64,000 nt of DNA from Thainema sp. (GTDB taxonomy: Bacteria > Cyanobacteriota > Cyanobacteriia > Phormidesmidales > Phormidesmidaceae): NCBI GenBank assembly GCA_052168235.1, contig JBQLZK010000035.1:11696-75695 (forward strand), read 5' to 3'. The notes below the pieces were generated by a model. That model saw only the letters and a list, made by a program, of their open reading frames with translations, did not search any database and was not told the DNA's origin. This document shows positions 47,422 through 57,872 of the stretch, in pieces. Position numbers and translations under genes: made by a program. Position 1 is the stretch's first letter, and every line of letters begins with the position of its first letter.

Positions 47422-48174
47422 ATGTTGACATTAGAAAATTCTCGGGCTAAAGCCCAGGTTGGATTGGGCCGAATTCTGGTGGTTGAGGATGAAGAAATTA
47501 TCCGTGATACCGTTGCCTTGGCTCTGACCGATGAAGGATACGATGTTATCACGGCAGAAGATGGGCGGCGAGCTTTGGAAATCATGACGGAGCTGCAAGA
47601 TGCTCAGGCCCATGAAGCGCAGTCTTTTGATCTGGTTGTGCTTGACCTCATGTTGCCCCACGTTAACGGGCTGGATCTGTGTCGCCTCCTTCGCCACCAG
47701 GAAAATAATGTCCCCATTTTAGTGCTCAGCGCCAAAGGCACAGAGACAGATCGGGTTGTTGGCCTAGAAGTCGGTGCAGATGATTATTTGACCAAGCCAT
47801 TCGGCATGCGTGAACTCATCGCTCGCTGCCGTGCTCTGCTCCGTCGCTCCCGTGGCTCCCAACCTCCCAGCACGGATAGTACCATTCGCTTTGACGATAT
47901 CGCCCTCTACCCCAGCGAATGCCGCGTCACGGTACGCGACCAAGATATTAATTTATCTCCCAAAGAATTCAAGATGCTTGAACTCTTTATGGGCAGTCCT
48001 CGCCGAGTTTGGTCTCGCGATCAGCTAATTGAGCGCATTTGGGAACCCGATTTTATGGGCGATAGTAAAACCGTAGATGTCCACATTCGCTGGCTGCGCG
48101 AGAAAATCGAAGACGATCCCAGCAATCCCAAGTATCTCAAAACAGTACGCGGCTTTGGCTACCGCTTTGGGTAG
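47422..48174 (+). CDS. sphR: Phosphate-regulon response regulator (OmpR/PhoB family)
   Basis: Receiver LDLMLP plus wHTH DSKTVDVHIRWLREK..D.PS.P; adjacent to an SphS-like kinase. Confidence 0.85.
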   Translation: MLTLENSRAKAQVGLGRILVVEDEEIIRDTVALALTDEGYDVITAEDGRRALEIMTELQDAQAHEAQSFDLVVLDLMLPHVNGLDLCRLLRHQENNVPILVLSAKGTETDRVVGLEVGADDYLTKPFGMRELIARCRALLRRSRGSQPPSTDSTIRFDDIALYPSECRVTVRDQDINLSPKEFKMLELFMGSPRRVWSRDQLIERIWEPDFMGDSKTVDVHIRWLREKIEDDPSNPKYLKTVRGFGYRFG

Positions 48175-48238
48175 ATTTAAATCACGGAATTCTCTAGCAG
48201 ATTGCTATGATAAATCCACAGTCATGCCCTGGATTTGA

Positions 48239-49762
48239 GTGTTTGATACCGTGCAAGTTCTGTGGTTTCTTCTTGGGCTATTGGTTGGCTTTTTAATCTT
48301 CGGATTGAGATACATTCGACTCAATCGTCGTTTGCGTCAATTGCTGCGTGAAGTACGGGCAGATGAGGGCATCCCACTTTCTGTAGCCTCACAGCTCTCG
48401 ATCTCGCTAGATTTGCAGCGCCAACAGTATCGCAAGATTGATCAACAGCTTGAAGCGACGCGGCAGGTTCTTCGCTTAGCTCCGGTGGGCTATCTTCAGG
48501 TGGATGAGGAAAATCGCCTCACGTTTGCGAATGGGCAAGCCTGCCAAATGTTAGGGATTGATCCCCTCGAAGCCACACCTGAAGCGGCATCTGACGTTGC
48601 ACCAGATGCGATCGCACCTTTAGCTCCTTCCTTTAGTGCCTCTGAGGGGCCACGCCTTCTCCTAGAAGTTGTGCGCTCCTACGAACTAGATCGGCTGATT
48701 GATCAAACCCGTCGCACCCAGACTCTATGTCAGCAAGACTGGCTAATGCACCACGTTTCCGCCGATCCAGCCACTATTTCCCGGCAGCCGTCCTACCCAG
48801 TCAGAGGCCACGGCATTCCCCTGTTGCAACAGCACATTGGCGTTTTTATTGAAGATCGGCAAGAAGCCTACCTGCTGACTCAACAGCGCGATCGCTGGAC
48901 ATCCGATGTTGCCCATGAACTCAAAACGCCGCTGACCTCGATTCGCCTGATCGCCGAAACCCTCAAAGCGCGGCTAGATTCTCCCTTAGTCAGCTGGATC
49001 GATCGCCTACTGAGCGAAACGATGCGTTTGAGCAACCTCGTACAGGACTTGCTAGACCTCAGCAAAATTGAACGACCTGCCACTCAAGCCCTAAATCAAA
49101 ATTTGGTCAACTTGCCCGATTTAATCCACCGTGCTTGGCTCAACCTCGATCCGCTATCCAGTAAAAAACAGCTCCAGCTCAATTACGATGGCCCTCAACT
49201 GCTGCGCATTCGCATTGATGAACATCGATTTTTTCGCGTGCTGATCAATCTGATCGACAATGCCATCAAGTACAGCCCTCCCCGCAGCATCATCCAAATT
49301 CGGCTACATCAAATTGCGCTCTCGGATCTACCGTCCCCACCGAGTTCAATCACGAAGTCAAATTCCCTCCTGCGTTCATCGCCATCCTCAGCTCCATTCT
49401 TTGTGGCTTTAGAAGTCATTGATATGGGTTCTGGCTTCCAATCAGCCGATCTACCCTATGTATTTGAGCGATTTTATCGTGCTGAAACCTCGCGGGCGCG
49501 ACATCTTGAATATGACGGTATTCCCATCTCACAACCTGAATCATTGGCCATCACTGACACAATTCAAACCAATGCTGGTACGGGTTTAGGGCTTTCGATC
49601 GTTCGCCAAATTGTTGAAGCGCATGGCGGCTATGTCGTTGCTAGTAATCATCCTGAAACGGGCGGAGCATGGCTACAGATCTTCTTGCCCTACCCTAATC
49701 CATCCGCCCAAGGGCAGCCTCAGTCAGACCCGTCAAAACTAAACCCAATCGATCAGCCTTAA
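48239..49762 (+). CDS. sphS: Phosphate sensor histidine kinase
   Basis: LLEVVRSYELD, SDVAHELKTPLTSI, NAIKY, GLGL and NHPETGGAW motifs. Confidence 0.85.
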   Translation: MFDTVQVLWFLLGLLVGFLIFGLRYIRLNRRLRQLLREVRADEGIPLSVASQLSISLDLQRQQYRKIDQQLEATRQVLRLAPVGYLQVDEENRLTFANGQACQMLGIDPLEATPEAASDVAPDAIAPLAPSFSASEGPRLLLEVVRSYELDRLIDQTRRTQTLCQQDWLMHHVSADPATISRQPSYPVRGHGIPLLQQHIGVFIEDRQEAYLLTQQRDRWTSDVAHELKTPLTSIRLIAETLKARLDSPLVSWIDRLLSETMRLSNLVQDLLDLSKIERPATQALNQNLVNLPDLIHRAWLNLDPLSSKKQLQLNYDGPQLLRIRIDEHRFFRVLINLIDNAIKYSPPRSIIQIRLHQIALSDLPSPPSSITKSNSLLRSSPSSAPFFVALEVIDMGSGFQSADLPYVFERFYRAETSRARHLEYDGIPISQPESLAITDTIQTNAGTGLGLSIVRQIVEAHGGYVVASNHPETGGAWLQIFLPYPNPSAQGQPQSDPSKLNPIDQP

Positions 49763-49805
49763 GGGACAATCCTGTAATATTTGGGTAGTTCCATTCAATT
49801 GAGCT

Positions 49806-50576
49806 ATGGCTGAACGACTTCAGAAAATCCTATCTCATTGGGGAGTGGCTTCTCGCCGTCAGGCCGAAGCGATGATCCAGGCAGGACGGGTGACATTGAA
49901 TGGCCAACCCGCGCTCTTGGGCCAAAAAGCCGATCCTGCAATTGATAGAATTTTAGTTGACGGCCAGCAAATTCGCCCCCATAATCGTCCAGACCGGATT
50001 TATCTCCTGCTGAATAAACCGCTTAATATCGTGACCACCTGCGATGATCCCCAGCATCGTCAAACGGTTATTGACTTGCTGCCAGCCCCCTATCAGCAGG
50101 GACAGGGCATACATCCCGTGGGCCGTTTAGATGCCAATTCGACCGGCGCATTGCTGTTAACAAATGATGGAGAGCTAACCTTTGCGTTGACTCATCCTCG
50201 TCATCACGTGCCGAAAACATATTGGGTCACAGTCGAAGGACATCCCGCTGATGCGGAGTTAAACCGCTGGCGACGGGGAGTATTGCTCGATGGTCGTCAA
50301 ACACGACCTGCTACGGTGAGCGTTATACAACGGACACCGACCTCAACCCAACTCAAGATTGTTCTGCAGGAAGGACGCAAGCGTCAGATTCGGCGTGTTG
50401 GGGACATATTAGGGCATCCGGTGATCCAGCTTCATCGGGTAGCCATTGGTTCTCTGGAGCTAGACGATTTGCCGCCGGGGCAGTTTCGTCGTCTGGAATC
50501 TGCGGAAGTTCAAGCGTTACAGCGGATTGCGCTTCTACAGCCCCACCCTTCTGACACAATTTCATCGACTAAATGA
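49806..50576 (+). CDS. rRNA pseudouridine synthase (RsuA/RluB family)
   Basis: S4 domain ERLQK..SRR, GRLD and EGRKRQIRR motifs. Confidence 0.93.
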   Translation: MAERLQKILSHWGVASRRQAEAMIQAGRVTLNGQPALLGQKADPAIDRILVDGQQIRPHNRPDRIYLLLNKPLNIVTTCDDPQHRQTVIDLLPAPYQQGQGIHPVGRLDANSTGALLLTNDGELTFALTHPRHHVPKTYWVTVEGHPADAELNRWRRGVLLDGRQTRPATVSVIQRTPTSTQLKIVLQEGRKRQIRRVGDILGHPVIQLHRVAIGSLELDDLPPGQFRRLESAEVQALQRIALLQPHPSDTISSTK

Positions 50577-50666
50577 GGGATTCCACCCTATATTGATTTT
50601 TAATACCGATTGTTAACGTTAACTCTGACGTGTTGTTCCTACTCTTTCACAAGGGATTTTTAACCG

Positions 50667-51539
50667 ATGAAGAGCGATCGCGCACATCTTCAGGATATTC
50701 AAGTCGAACAGTTCAAGGAAATTGCTGCCAAGCTTCGCGAAACTCGCGAAACGCAGGGGTTGTCTATTGAACAGCTATCGACAAAAACCTTGATTCAGCG
50801 CCGCTTACTCTATGCCATTGAAGCTGCTGATATTGAACAGCTACCCGAAATGGTATATGTTCGGGGATTTGTTAAACGTTACGCAGAGGCTTTGGGATTA
50901 GATGGCCAAGGAATTGTGGATGTGCTGCCAGTAGAGGGGACAAGCCACAGCATGAAGCCATCTTGGAAGGAGCTTCCAGCGGCGCAGCTCCGACCGCTGC
51001 ATTTGTATCTGCTCTATATTGTGGTAATTGCGCTGGCAGTTGGTGGATTATCCCATTTCCTCCGTCAGGTTGAGTCTCCAACGGTTGCTAATAATTCCAG
51101 TAGTCCGACCACTGCTCCGGCTGAAGTCATTCCAGACCCAGCACCTCAGACCAGCGAGGTTGAAAATACAGCTACCAACAGCAACGGAGAGCAGCCAGCA
51201 GCAACAGCAACTGACGCGGAAAATTCAGACCAGCCAAATGAGTCTACTGTATCTGGGCCAATTCGAGTGGAAGTGAAGCTGACGGCTCAATCGTGGATGC
51301 GTATTACCGTGGATGGCACAACTGAATTTGAAGGTGTCCTGCAAGCTGGTGATGAGCGCACATGGACAGCCAAGGAAGAACTAACGCTACGGGCTGGCAA
51401 TGCGGGCGGAGTGATGGTGGCGTATAACAATGGAGATGCGGAACCGCTTGGAGAACCGGGCAGCGTTGAAGAAATCACCTATCCGCAAACTCAAAGTACC
51501 GCTCGACTCGTGGACGCTGAATCAACTCTCCCCCAGTGA
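50667..51539 (+). CDS. rodZ: RodZ-like protein (HTH, TM, DUF4115)
   Basis: YVRGFVKRYAEALGLD, TM segment, SWMRI..DG and RAGNAG motifs. Confidence 0.85.
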   Translation: MKSDRAHLQDIQVEQFKEIAAKLRETRETQGLSIEQLSTKTLIQRRLLYAIEAADIEQLPEMVYVRGFVKRYAEALGLDGQGIVDVLPVEGTSHSMKPSWKELPAAQLRPLHLYLLYIVVIALAVGGLSHFLRQVESPTVANNSSSPTTAPAEVIPDPAPQTSEVENTATNSNGEQPAATATDAENSDQPNESTVSGPIRVEVKLTAQSWMRITVDGTTEFEGVLQAGDERTWTAKEELTLRAGNAGGVMVAYNNGDAEPLGEPGSVEEITYPQTQSTARLVDAESTLPQ

Positions 51540-51579
51540 TTTAGAATCAGCGATTTAACAGAATCAGCCATTAGGTGAT

Positions 51580-51614
51580 ATGAGAGCCTCCGCACAAACT
51601 GCGGAGGCTCTCAT
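51580..51614. terminator. Hairpin between convergent genes
   Basis: ATGAGAGCCTCCGCA-CAAAC-TGCGGAGGCTCTCAT. Confidence 0.65.
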
Positions 51615-51859
51615 GCTTACACCACAGTTTATAGTTGTAGTCGCTCTGCTAGGACACGGACATTTTTGTGGCGTAGCTTCGCCGCGCCACAAAAATGTCC
51701 TAAACAGCATGACTATGGCTACATCACATCAAGTTCTCATCCGAAATCTGCTCATCAAAACCAGTCTTTATTTTTTGTAAAAGGCAAACGCAGCCTGACT
51801 TTTACAAAAAATGATTCGGTATCATACGGCAAGGGGCAAGGATGTAACTCTATGAAAAG

Positions 51860-53050
51860 TTAGCCCATAGTTTGCGCTTGTGCGATCGCATTGATTAACC
51901 TTTGGTTCTCCGCCTCAGTCCGCACCGCCACCCGGAAATAAGCATCGCCCAAAACCGGATAGCTAATACAGTCGCGAATCAAAATCTGCGACTGCTTCAG
52001 CAATTGCTCTTGCAATTGCGTAGCTGATTGCTGTGCCTGAACTAGCAGAAAATTGGCGGCGCTCGGCAAAGGTGTGAGTCCCGATTGTTGGGATAAAGCG
52101 TTGAATAACTGCGATCGCGCTTGGTCGAGCCAATCCCAAGTTTGCTGCTGGAAGTCCTGATCAACCAAAACGGCGATCGCAGCCGCTTCAGCTAAGGCAT
52201 TAACCGGCCACGGATCACGCCACGCCTGCCAACGACGTAGCCGATCGGGATGTGCGATCGCATAGCCAATTCGCAGTCCTGGTAAGCTGTAAAACTTGGT
52301 TAGCGATCGCAAAATGACCAAATTCGAATAGCGCGTAACCCATTGATCTACACTCTGTTGATGCTCTGGTCGGACAAAATCCATAAACGCCTCATCCACA
52401 ATCACCACACCAAACTGCTCCAGACACTGACCAATCGTGTCTCGATGCAGCAAATATCCGGTGGGATTATGCGGTGAGTTGAGAATTAATCCACAGCTAC
52501 GCGAATTCAGCCCTGCAGTTTGCAGAGCATGTGCGATCGCATCTAGCCAAATCTCGTCTAACTGACCCGGTTGCGATCGCGCCAGAGCAGAATTAGTAGT
52601 TAACTCAATGCTGAAATCAGCAGTCTGCACCAGCGAGTTCATTGCTAGCGTGCTGCTGATGATCGTTGCCCCCGCCGCCTTTAGCGATCGTTCGTAGTCA
52701 CCAAAAGCCGGCTGCGGTACAATGACTCCTTCTTGATCTACCAGTTCCCGGCAGGCCCAAGTCAATAACTCAGCCGCACCGTTACCCGGCAGAACCCAGT
52801 CGGGGGACAAATGATGAAAATCCGCCAATCTGCGCCGCAGTTTCCCATAACCCGGATCTGGGTATCGAACAATATCGCCCAAATGGGATCGGATAGCTGC
52901 GATCGCAGAGGACGGTAAACCTAGCGGATTAATATTGGCCGAGAAATCAAGAATAGCCTCGGGGGGACAGCCAGCCGCCTCAGCGGCCCAAGCTAAATTC
53001 CCCCCATGGGCTGGACGGATAGGTTCAGTTTGCTCCAAGGCTTTAACCAA
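51860..53050 (-). CDS. cobD: Threonine-phosphate decarboxylase
   Basis: HGGN, DFSANINP, PHNPTG, DEAFMD and RSLTKFY.LPGLRIGY motifs. Confidence 0.9.
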   Translation of the reverse strand: MVKALEQTEPIRPAHGGNLAWAAEAAGCPPEAILDFSANINPLGLPSSAIAAIRSHLGDIVRYPDPGYGKLRRRLADFHHLSPDWVLPGNGAAELLTWACRELVDQEGVIVPQPAFGDYERSLKAAGATIISSTLAMNSLVQTADFSIELTTNSALARSQPGQLDEIWLDAIAHALQTAGLNSRSCGLILNSPHNPTGYLLHRDTIGQCLEQFGVVIVDEAFMDFVRPEHQQSVDQWVTRYSNLVILRSLTKFYSLPGLRIGYAIAHPDRLRRWQAWRDPWPVNALAEAAAIAVLVDQDFQQQTWDWLDQARSQLFNALSQQSGLTPLPSAANFLLVQAQQSATQLQEQLLKQSQILIRDCISYPVLGDAYFRVAVRTEAENQRLINAIAQAQTMG

Positions 53051-53063
53051 CCATTACAGCCAA

Positions 53064-53342
53064 TTACTTTTCGGCTACTTTTTCCTTGAACAGCTTGCCA
53101 GCAGAAAAAGCAGGCACCGTGGTCGCAGGAATTTCCATCTTGTCGCCCGTCTTCGGGTTGCGGCCCTCACGAGCTTTCCGTTCCCGAGGTTCAAAAGAAC
53201 CAAAACCAACCAGCGTCACCTTTTGGCCACTGGACACAGCATCCATAATCGCCTCAACAGTCGCAGTGATAACTGCATCTGCTTGCTTTTTGGTCACTTC
53301 AGCTTTGCTTGCAACTGCATCCACTAATTCGCCTTTATTCAT
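53064..53342 (-). CDS. hup: DNA-binding protein HU
   Basis: MNKGELV...GFGSF..RERKAREGRNPKTG. Confidence 0.97.
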   Translation of the reverse strand: MNKGELVDAVASKAEVTKKQADAVITATVEAIMDAVSSGQKVTLVGFGSFEPRERKAREGRNPKTGDKMEIPATTVPAFSAGKLFKEKVAEK

Positions 53343-53657
53343 GTGAATCTCCTAAAAGTTTTGCACTACAAATTCCCAAAATCGATTCAAGTTTTCTTGA
53401 GCAAATAGGAAATTTTACTCAAAATCGCTAGAACTTCTGATATACGGGAGTTTCAATGCCCTATTCTAATGGCAACTCTTCCAATATGGATCGCTGAAAC
53501 CTTTAATTTATGCGAACTTCGGCATTTTTGGGTAAAAGTCCCCAAGTTTTAGCACGATAAAAGCACACAAACCCTTATTAAATGGGTCTTTTCAGACTCT
53601 ACTAATCCGCAGCATGACCAACAAATGGAACTCAACATTAGCCAATTCCAACCAAAA

Positions 53658-53686
53658 ACTCCCTAGATTAGACTCAATCTAGGGAG
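53658..53686 (-). terminator. Hairpin downstream of pilQ
   Basis: CTCCCTAGATT...AATCTAGGGAG. Confidence 0.55.
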
Positions 53687-53729
53687 AAACAACAGGGTTA
53701 TTCAAAAATAATTGAGCTCAAATCTTAGA

Positions 53730-56135
53730 TTATTGCTCTCGTAAGATCTCTTGGACATTGCGTCCAGGTGTGTAACCGTAGCCAAACACAGATTGATCGG
53801 TATCATCTAAAATCTGCGGTGTGACAAGTACAATCACTTCCCGACGTTCATTTTCACTATTGGTACTCCTAAACAGCGAACCAATAATCGGCAAGTCTCC
53901 CAAAATTGGCACCTTTGAAACAGTTGTGCGATCGGTATCCTGGATAATGCCTGAAAGAATTAGCGTTTGACCATCTCGCAGCCGAACCCGACCAGAATTC
54001 AGAATACGCTGTGCAAGCAGCGTCACATCAACATCTCCAAACTCTTCTGTTGCCGTTGGTGCGGTAACTTCTGGATTGACCTGCATGGTGATAAAGCCAT
54101 TATCATCAATCCGGTCAACGATGATATTGAGTGTCAAACCTGCATTCGATAGCTCCAGCTCTACATTTTCAAAAACATTACCATCAGTGATCGTTCGTTC
54201 CGTCACTACGTTCGTAATGACTTGTTCAGCCAAAACAACTGAAGCCGTCTCCCCTTCCTGCACGATTAATGTCGGATCGGTCAGGATTTTAGCATTACCA
54301 CTCACAACCTGAGCCTGCAAACGAGCCAAGAAATTACGTGGGTATTGGAAGAAACTAGGTGGCGAGAATTCGTAAGTATCAGGTTCTCCAGGCGTCACAA
54401 CTGGAACAATGGTGAATCCGGTTGGTTCTCCTGTCACAGGATCAACTGAAGTCGGAACAATTTCAAATTCCGTTGTCGCTGGTTCTCCTGGATCAAAGTC
54501 CGAGATCCCAGGGCTTAGGGGGCTACCATCAGGCCCCAGCGACGGATCCGCAACCGGTATGTCATTGTCTCCACGGTTGAAGAAGCCTTCTCCTAAGAAG
54601 GGTACACCCTCAATAAAAGGATTACCAATCGTTGGCCGACCAGTCAAACTGTTATTAAATTCCGTTGAAGTAGGTGGACGGTAATCCCCATAGCCCACTG
54701 TTGCGGCTCCTCCATCAACTGAGAAATATGTATCTCCAATGCCGAACGAGAAGCTTGTACTAAAGTCTTCTGTGTTCAACAAGTTGACATCTACAATTTT
54801 GACGTTGACCGCAACTTGCCGCTGTCTCAAATCAAGCTGAGTTAATAAATTGCTCGCAATTTCGATCTTGCGAGGGCTACCAACTAACGTAACCGCATTC
54901 AGTCGCCGATCAACACCAACAGCTAAACCTTCCAGTAGCAAGGGACTGATACCACGATTTTCGTCATCTATGCTAACCGTGATAATCTCTGGTTGCTCCA
55001 AAACCTCAACAACTCGGGATGCAGCCCCTTCACCTAATGTTTCAATAGAGCGCTCTTGAAAAGACTGACGTGATTCCGCGCCTTGAGTTGCCAAAAAATT
55101 AGCGGCATCATCAGCTGTAACCTGATTCAATCGTAGCGTTCGAGTTGCTACATCACGAGCGGCATCAGGCAGTTGCGGTCCTACAAAAACGGTGCGACCT
55201 GTACGATTCGCTTCCAGTCCTGTAATCCGAAGCACATAGTTGAAAACGTTTTGAACAGGCTCATCTTGAATATCCAAAGTGATCGCTGGGCCTTCACCAG
55301 CTCCTTCTGCTTCACCTTCTCCACCAGCAGTGGTGGGAGTTGCATCAGTAAACGCTAAGTTAAGCCCAGCAGCGCGAGCGAGTAGAGAGAGAACCTCACG
55401 AGCCGGAGCTTCTCGCAGAACTAACCTAGGAACTCGTACATCTGTTCCCAAATCAATCTCATCAAATGAGGTGTCAAACGTAGAAACGGCAATGTCACCC
55501 ACAGGTGGAGCTACTGCGCGGGGTAAGAAGGGTGGCACAACTTGAGGTTGCGGCGCAGGAACGGGGACTCCGTTGATGGTTACTTCAGGGTTAGGAACTA
55601 AAACATCCGGATTTTGGGGTGGTACTTGAGCTGTTTGCTCACCCGCGTCTGCTGAGGGTTGAGTTGGTGTTGGTGTTGGTGTGGTTTCTGGAGTAGGAGT
55701 AGGTTGCTCAACAGCAACCTCACCAGAAGATGCAAAGCTAAAGACAAGCTGATCGTCATCTCGTTGGCTGACTTCTCCCACCGGCACGGTTCCCGCACCT
55801 GTCACAACGACTCGGATACTGTTGGCATCGAGGGGGCGAACCACAACGCTTGCAATACCCGGTGCAGGATTTTGCTGCTGGAATCCTGCTTCACCACTGT
55901 CTAGGTTGAGCTGAGTATTGATCACGTCAGCCGTTAAGCTATTGCCCTGGTTGATCGTAAATACCTGCGGACGATCGCCTACGTCAGTTTCCAAAACTAG
56001 TTCGGCACCTTCATCCGTTTGCTCAACCCGAATTTCAGTCACAATTGTTGGGGCAGCCTGGGCTGGCTGAGCAGTCGATATAGTTATTAGAGCGGCTCCT
56101 GCCAAAATGCTCCCAAATCCAAGATGCTGTTTCAC
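53730..56135 (-). CDS. pilQ: Type IV pilus secretin with N-terminal AMIN domain
   Basis: Signal peptide, AMIN-like N-terminus, secretin motif KVPILGDLPIIGSLFRS. Confidence 0.93.
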   Translation of the reverse strand: MKQHLGFGSILAGAALITISTAQPAQAAPTIVTEIRVEQTDEGAELVLETDVGDRPQVFTINQGNSLTADVINTQLNLDSGEAGFQQQNPAPGIASVVVRPLDANSIRVVVTGAGTVPVGEVSQRDDDQLVFSFASSGEVAVEQPTPTPETTPTPTPTQPSADAGEQTAQVPPQNPDVLVPNPEVTINGVPVPAPQPQVVPPFLPRAVAPPVGDIAVSTFDTSFDEIDLGTDVRVPRLVLREAPAREVLSLLARAAGLNLAFTDATPTTAGGEGEAEGAGEGPAITLDIQDEPVQNVFNYVLRITGLEANRTGRTVFVGPQLPDAARDVATRTLRLNQVTADDAANFLATQGAESRQSFQERSIETLGEGAASRVVEVLEQPEIITVSIDDENRGISPLLLEGLAVGVDRRLNAVTLVGSPRKIEIASNLLTQLDLRQRQVAVNVKIVDVNLLNTEDFSTSFSFGIGDTYFSVDGGAATVGYGDYRPPTSTEFNNSLTGRPTIGNPFIEGVPFLGEGFFNRGDNDIPVADPSLGPDGSPLSPGISDFDPGEPATTEFEIVPTSVDPVTGEPTGFTIVPVVTPGEPDTYEFSPPSFFQYPRNFLARLQAQVVSGNAKILTDPTLIVQEGETASVVLAEQVITNVVTERTITDGNVFENVELELSNAGLTLNIIVDRIDDNGFITMQVNPEVTAPTATEEFGDVDVTLLAQRILNSGRVRLRDGQTLILSGIIQDTDRTTVSKVPILGDLPIIGSLFRSTNSENERREVIVLVTPQILDDTDQSVFGYGYTPGRNVQEILREQ

Positions 56136-56238
56136 GATTCACTCCTCTCACAATCTAGCTAGCTCGTTACACAAATGTCTGATGATGCTCAAATAATGTT
56201 GAACAAACCCTGTGGTAGTTGTTGTGGCTCAATCATAA

Positions 56239-57090
56239 TTAGCCTCCCTCAGCTTCATCGTCTGCTGGGGCTTCACCGTCTTCACCTTCCTCACCTTCAG
56301 CCGGCTCAGTTTCAACTTCTGGCAACTCATCGGGTGAACTTGTTGGTATCAAGGCATCAAGAACCATCCGAGCATCTAGGATTTTGATGCCAGCGAAATC
56401 TGAAAACTCCTCATTAATCTCCGACTCCTCAAGCGTGAAATCTCGAATAATCAGAAGTGGCTCTAAACGCTCGATGTTCCGAATAATTGACTGAATTTGA
56501 GCAAAATCACCTTGAATTCCAACAGCGATTTTTTCGCTTCTCAGCTTGCCAATAACTTCTTCGGTATAGTAAGTACTTTCCTCTAAGTCCTCAGCCGTAA
56601 TTACACCGGACTGATCGGGCAGTGGCTCAACTAGTGCCAGACGCGCCCCGACTAGTTCCGGATCTAATCCAGCATCGATGAGTTGACGTCTGAGATCTGC
56701 AACTCCAACATTGGTTGGAACAATCTGCCGATTGATGTCAATGATCAGGGTATCGAGTTGTTCTTCAGAAGAAAACAAGCCATAAACGCTGCGTCGTTCC
56801 GCAAGAGCAGCCTCTAATTCAGCTTCTACTTCTTCTACTTCTTGAAGAGCCGCTGCTTGATTGGCTAAGTCTTCTTCTTTAGAGCGCACTTCTGCTGCTA
56901 ACTCACCCCGGCGCTGCAAGGCTGGTTGCAGTACGTTGAGGAATAGGTAAAGTGCACCACCCAAGCCCAAAAGACCCAAGATAATGCCAATCACCGTTGG
57001 TGTTAGCGTAATCCCAAAGGCTGTTGGGTAATCTGGAGCGGCTTCCTGTACCCCAGTATCTTCAGGAATAAAATCTCCAGAAACAGTCAT
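56239..57090 (-). CDS. pilO: Type IV pilus assembly protein PilO
   Basis: Position in the operon; TM, coiled coil, IRNIERLEPLL. Confidence 0.85.
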   Translation of the reverse strand: MTVSGDFIPEDTGVQEAAPDYPTAFGITLTPTVIGIILGLLGLGGALYLFLNVLQPALQRRGELAAEVRSKEEDLANQAAALQEVEEVEAELEAALAERRSVYGLFSSEEQLDTLIIDINRQIVPTNVGVADLRRQLIDAGLDPELVGARLALVEPLPDQSGVITAEDLEESTYYTEEVIGKLRSEKIAVGIQGDFAQIQSIIRNIERLEPLLIIRDFTLEESEINEEFSDFAGIKILDARMVLDALIPTSSPDELPEVETEPAEGEEGEDGEAPADDEAEGG

Positions 57091-57869
57091 GGTTCAATTG
57101 CTCCTATGTCCTGTAAAGCTCGTATCCGTGCGATAAGGCCGATTGTGCCGCTGCGTTCAAACGCATCAATGAGTTCAGAGGCGGGAACTTCGGTTAGGTT
57201 GGCCTGAATAGTGTAATTCACTAGCTGAACAGCTTGAGTCGTCGTAGGGTCACCAGGGCATCGCCCTGGAACTTGATTGTCGTCGTCCTCACCGAGTTCG
57301 GCACTAACAAGTTCTGTCTCATTACGAATGAAGTAGGGAGAACGCTGTAGGGTGAGGATGAAATCATTGATGTCATCAAAGGAGCAGGCCACTCCAATGA
57401 TCTCAACACCACCGGAAGAGGGGGGAATACCGTCTTCGGTTTCGGGTGATTCTCGTGGAATACCAGTGGTTTGAACGATTTCATTGATCTGAACTCGACC
57501 TGGAATACGCTCCCGCACATCCTGGAGCATGGCAGACCAAGGGCGGATTTGATTGAAGATGGTTGTGAGAGCTTGGGTTTCCTCCTGGATAGCAGCGGTT
57601 TGCAGACGAACTTCGTCTAATCGATCTTGGCGAGCCTGCAAATCGCTAAGTTGGTTATCTAGATCTTGATTTTGCTGGGTTAGGCTAGCAATCTGCTGAT
57701 TGGTGAAGAGCCATGCTCCACCAACGGCGGCAAGAAGTGCGATCGCAACTGCGGCCCCAATGAAGATCGGAGTGCGATCGCCTGCCGGAGTTGCTGCCCC
57801 AGCAGCAGCCCCAGCGGGAATCGGTCGCTCTTCCCGATCGTTCAGAAAGTTAATGTCTAAGTTGTACAT
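57087..57869 (-). CDS. pilN: Type IV pilus assembly protein PilN
   Basis: INFL motif, TM, PWSA.LQD. Confidence 0.9.
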   Translation of the reverse strand: MYNLDINFLNDREERPIPAGAAAGAATPAGDRTPIFIGAAVAIALLAAVGGAWLFTNQQIASLTQQNQDLDNQLSDLQARQDRLDEVRLQTAAIQEETQALTTIFNQIRPWSAMLQDVRERIPGRVQINEIVQTTGIPRESPETEDGIPPSSGGVEIIGVACSFDDINDFILTLQRSPYFIRNETELVSAELGEDDDNQVPGRCPGDPTTTQAVQLVNYTIQANLTEVPASELIDAFERSGTIGLIARIRALQDIGAIEP

Positions 57870-57872
57870 AAG

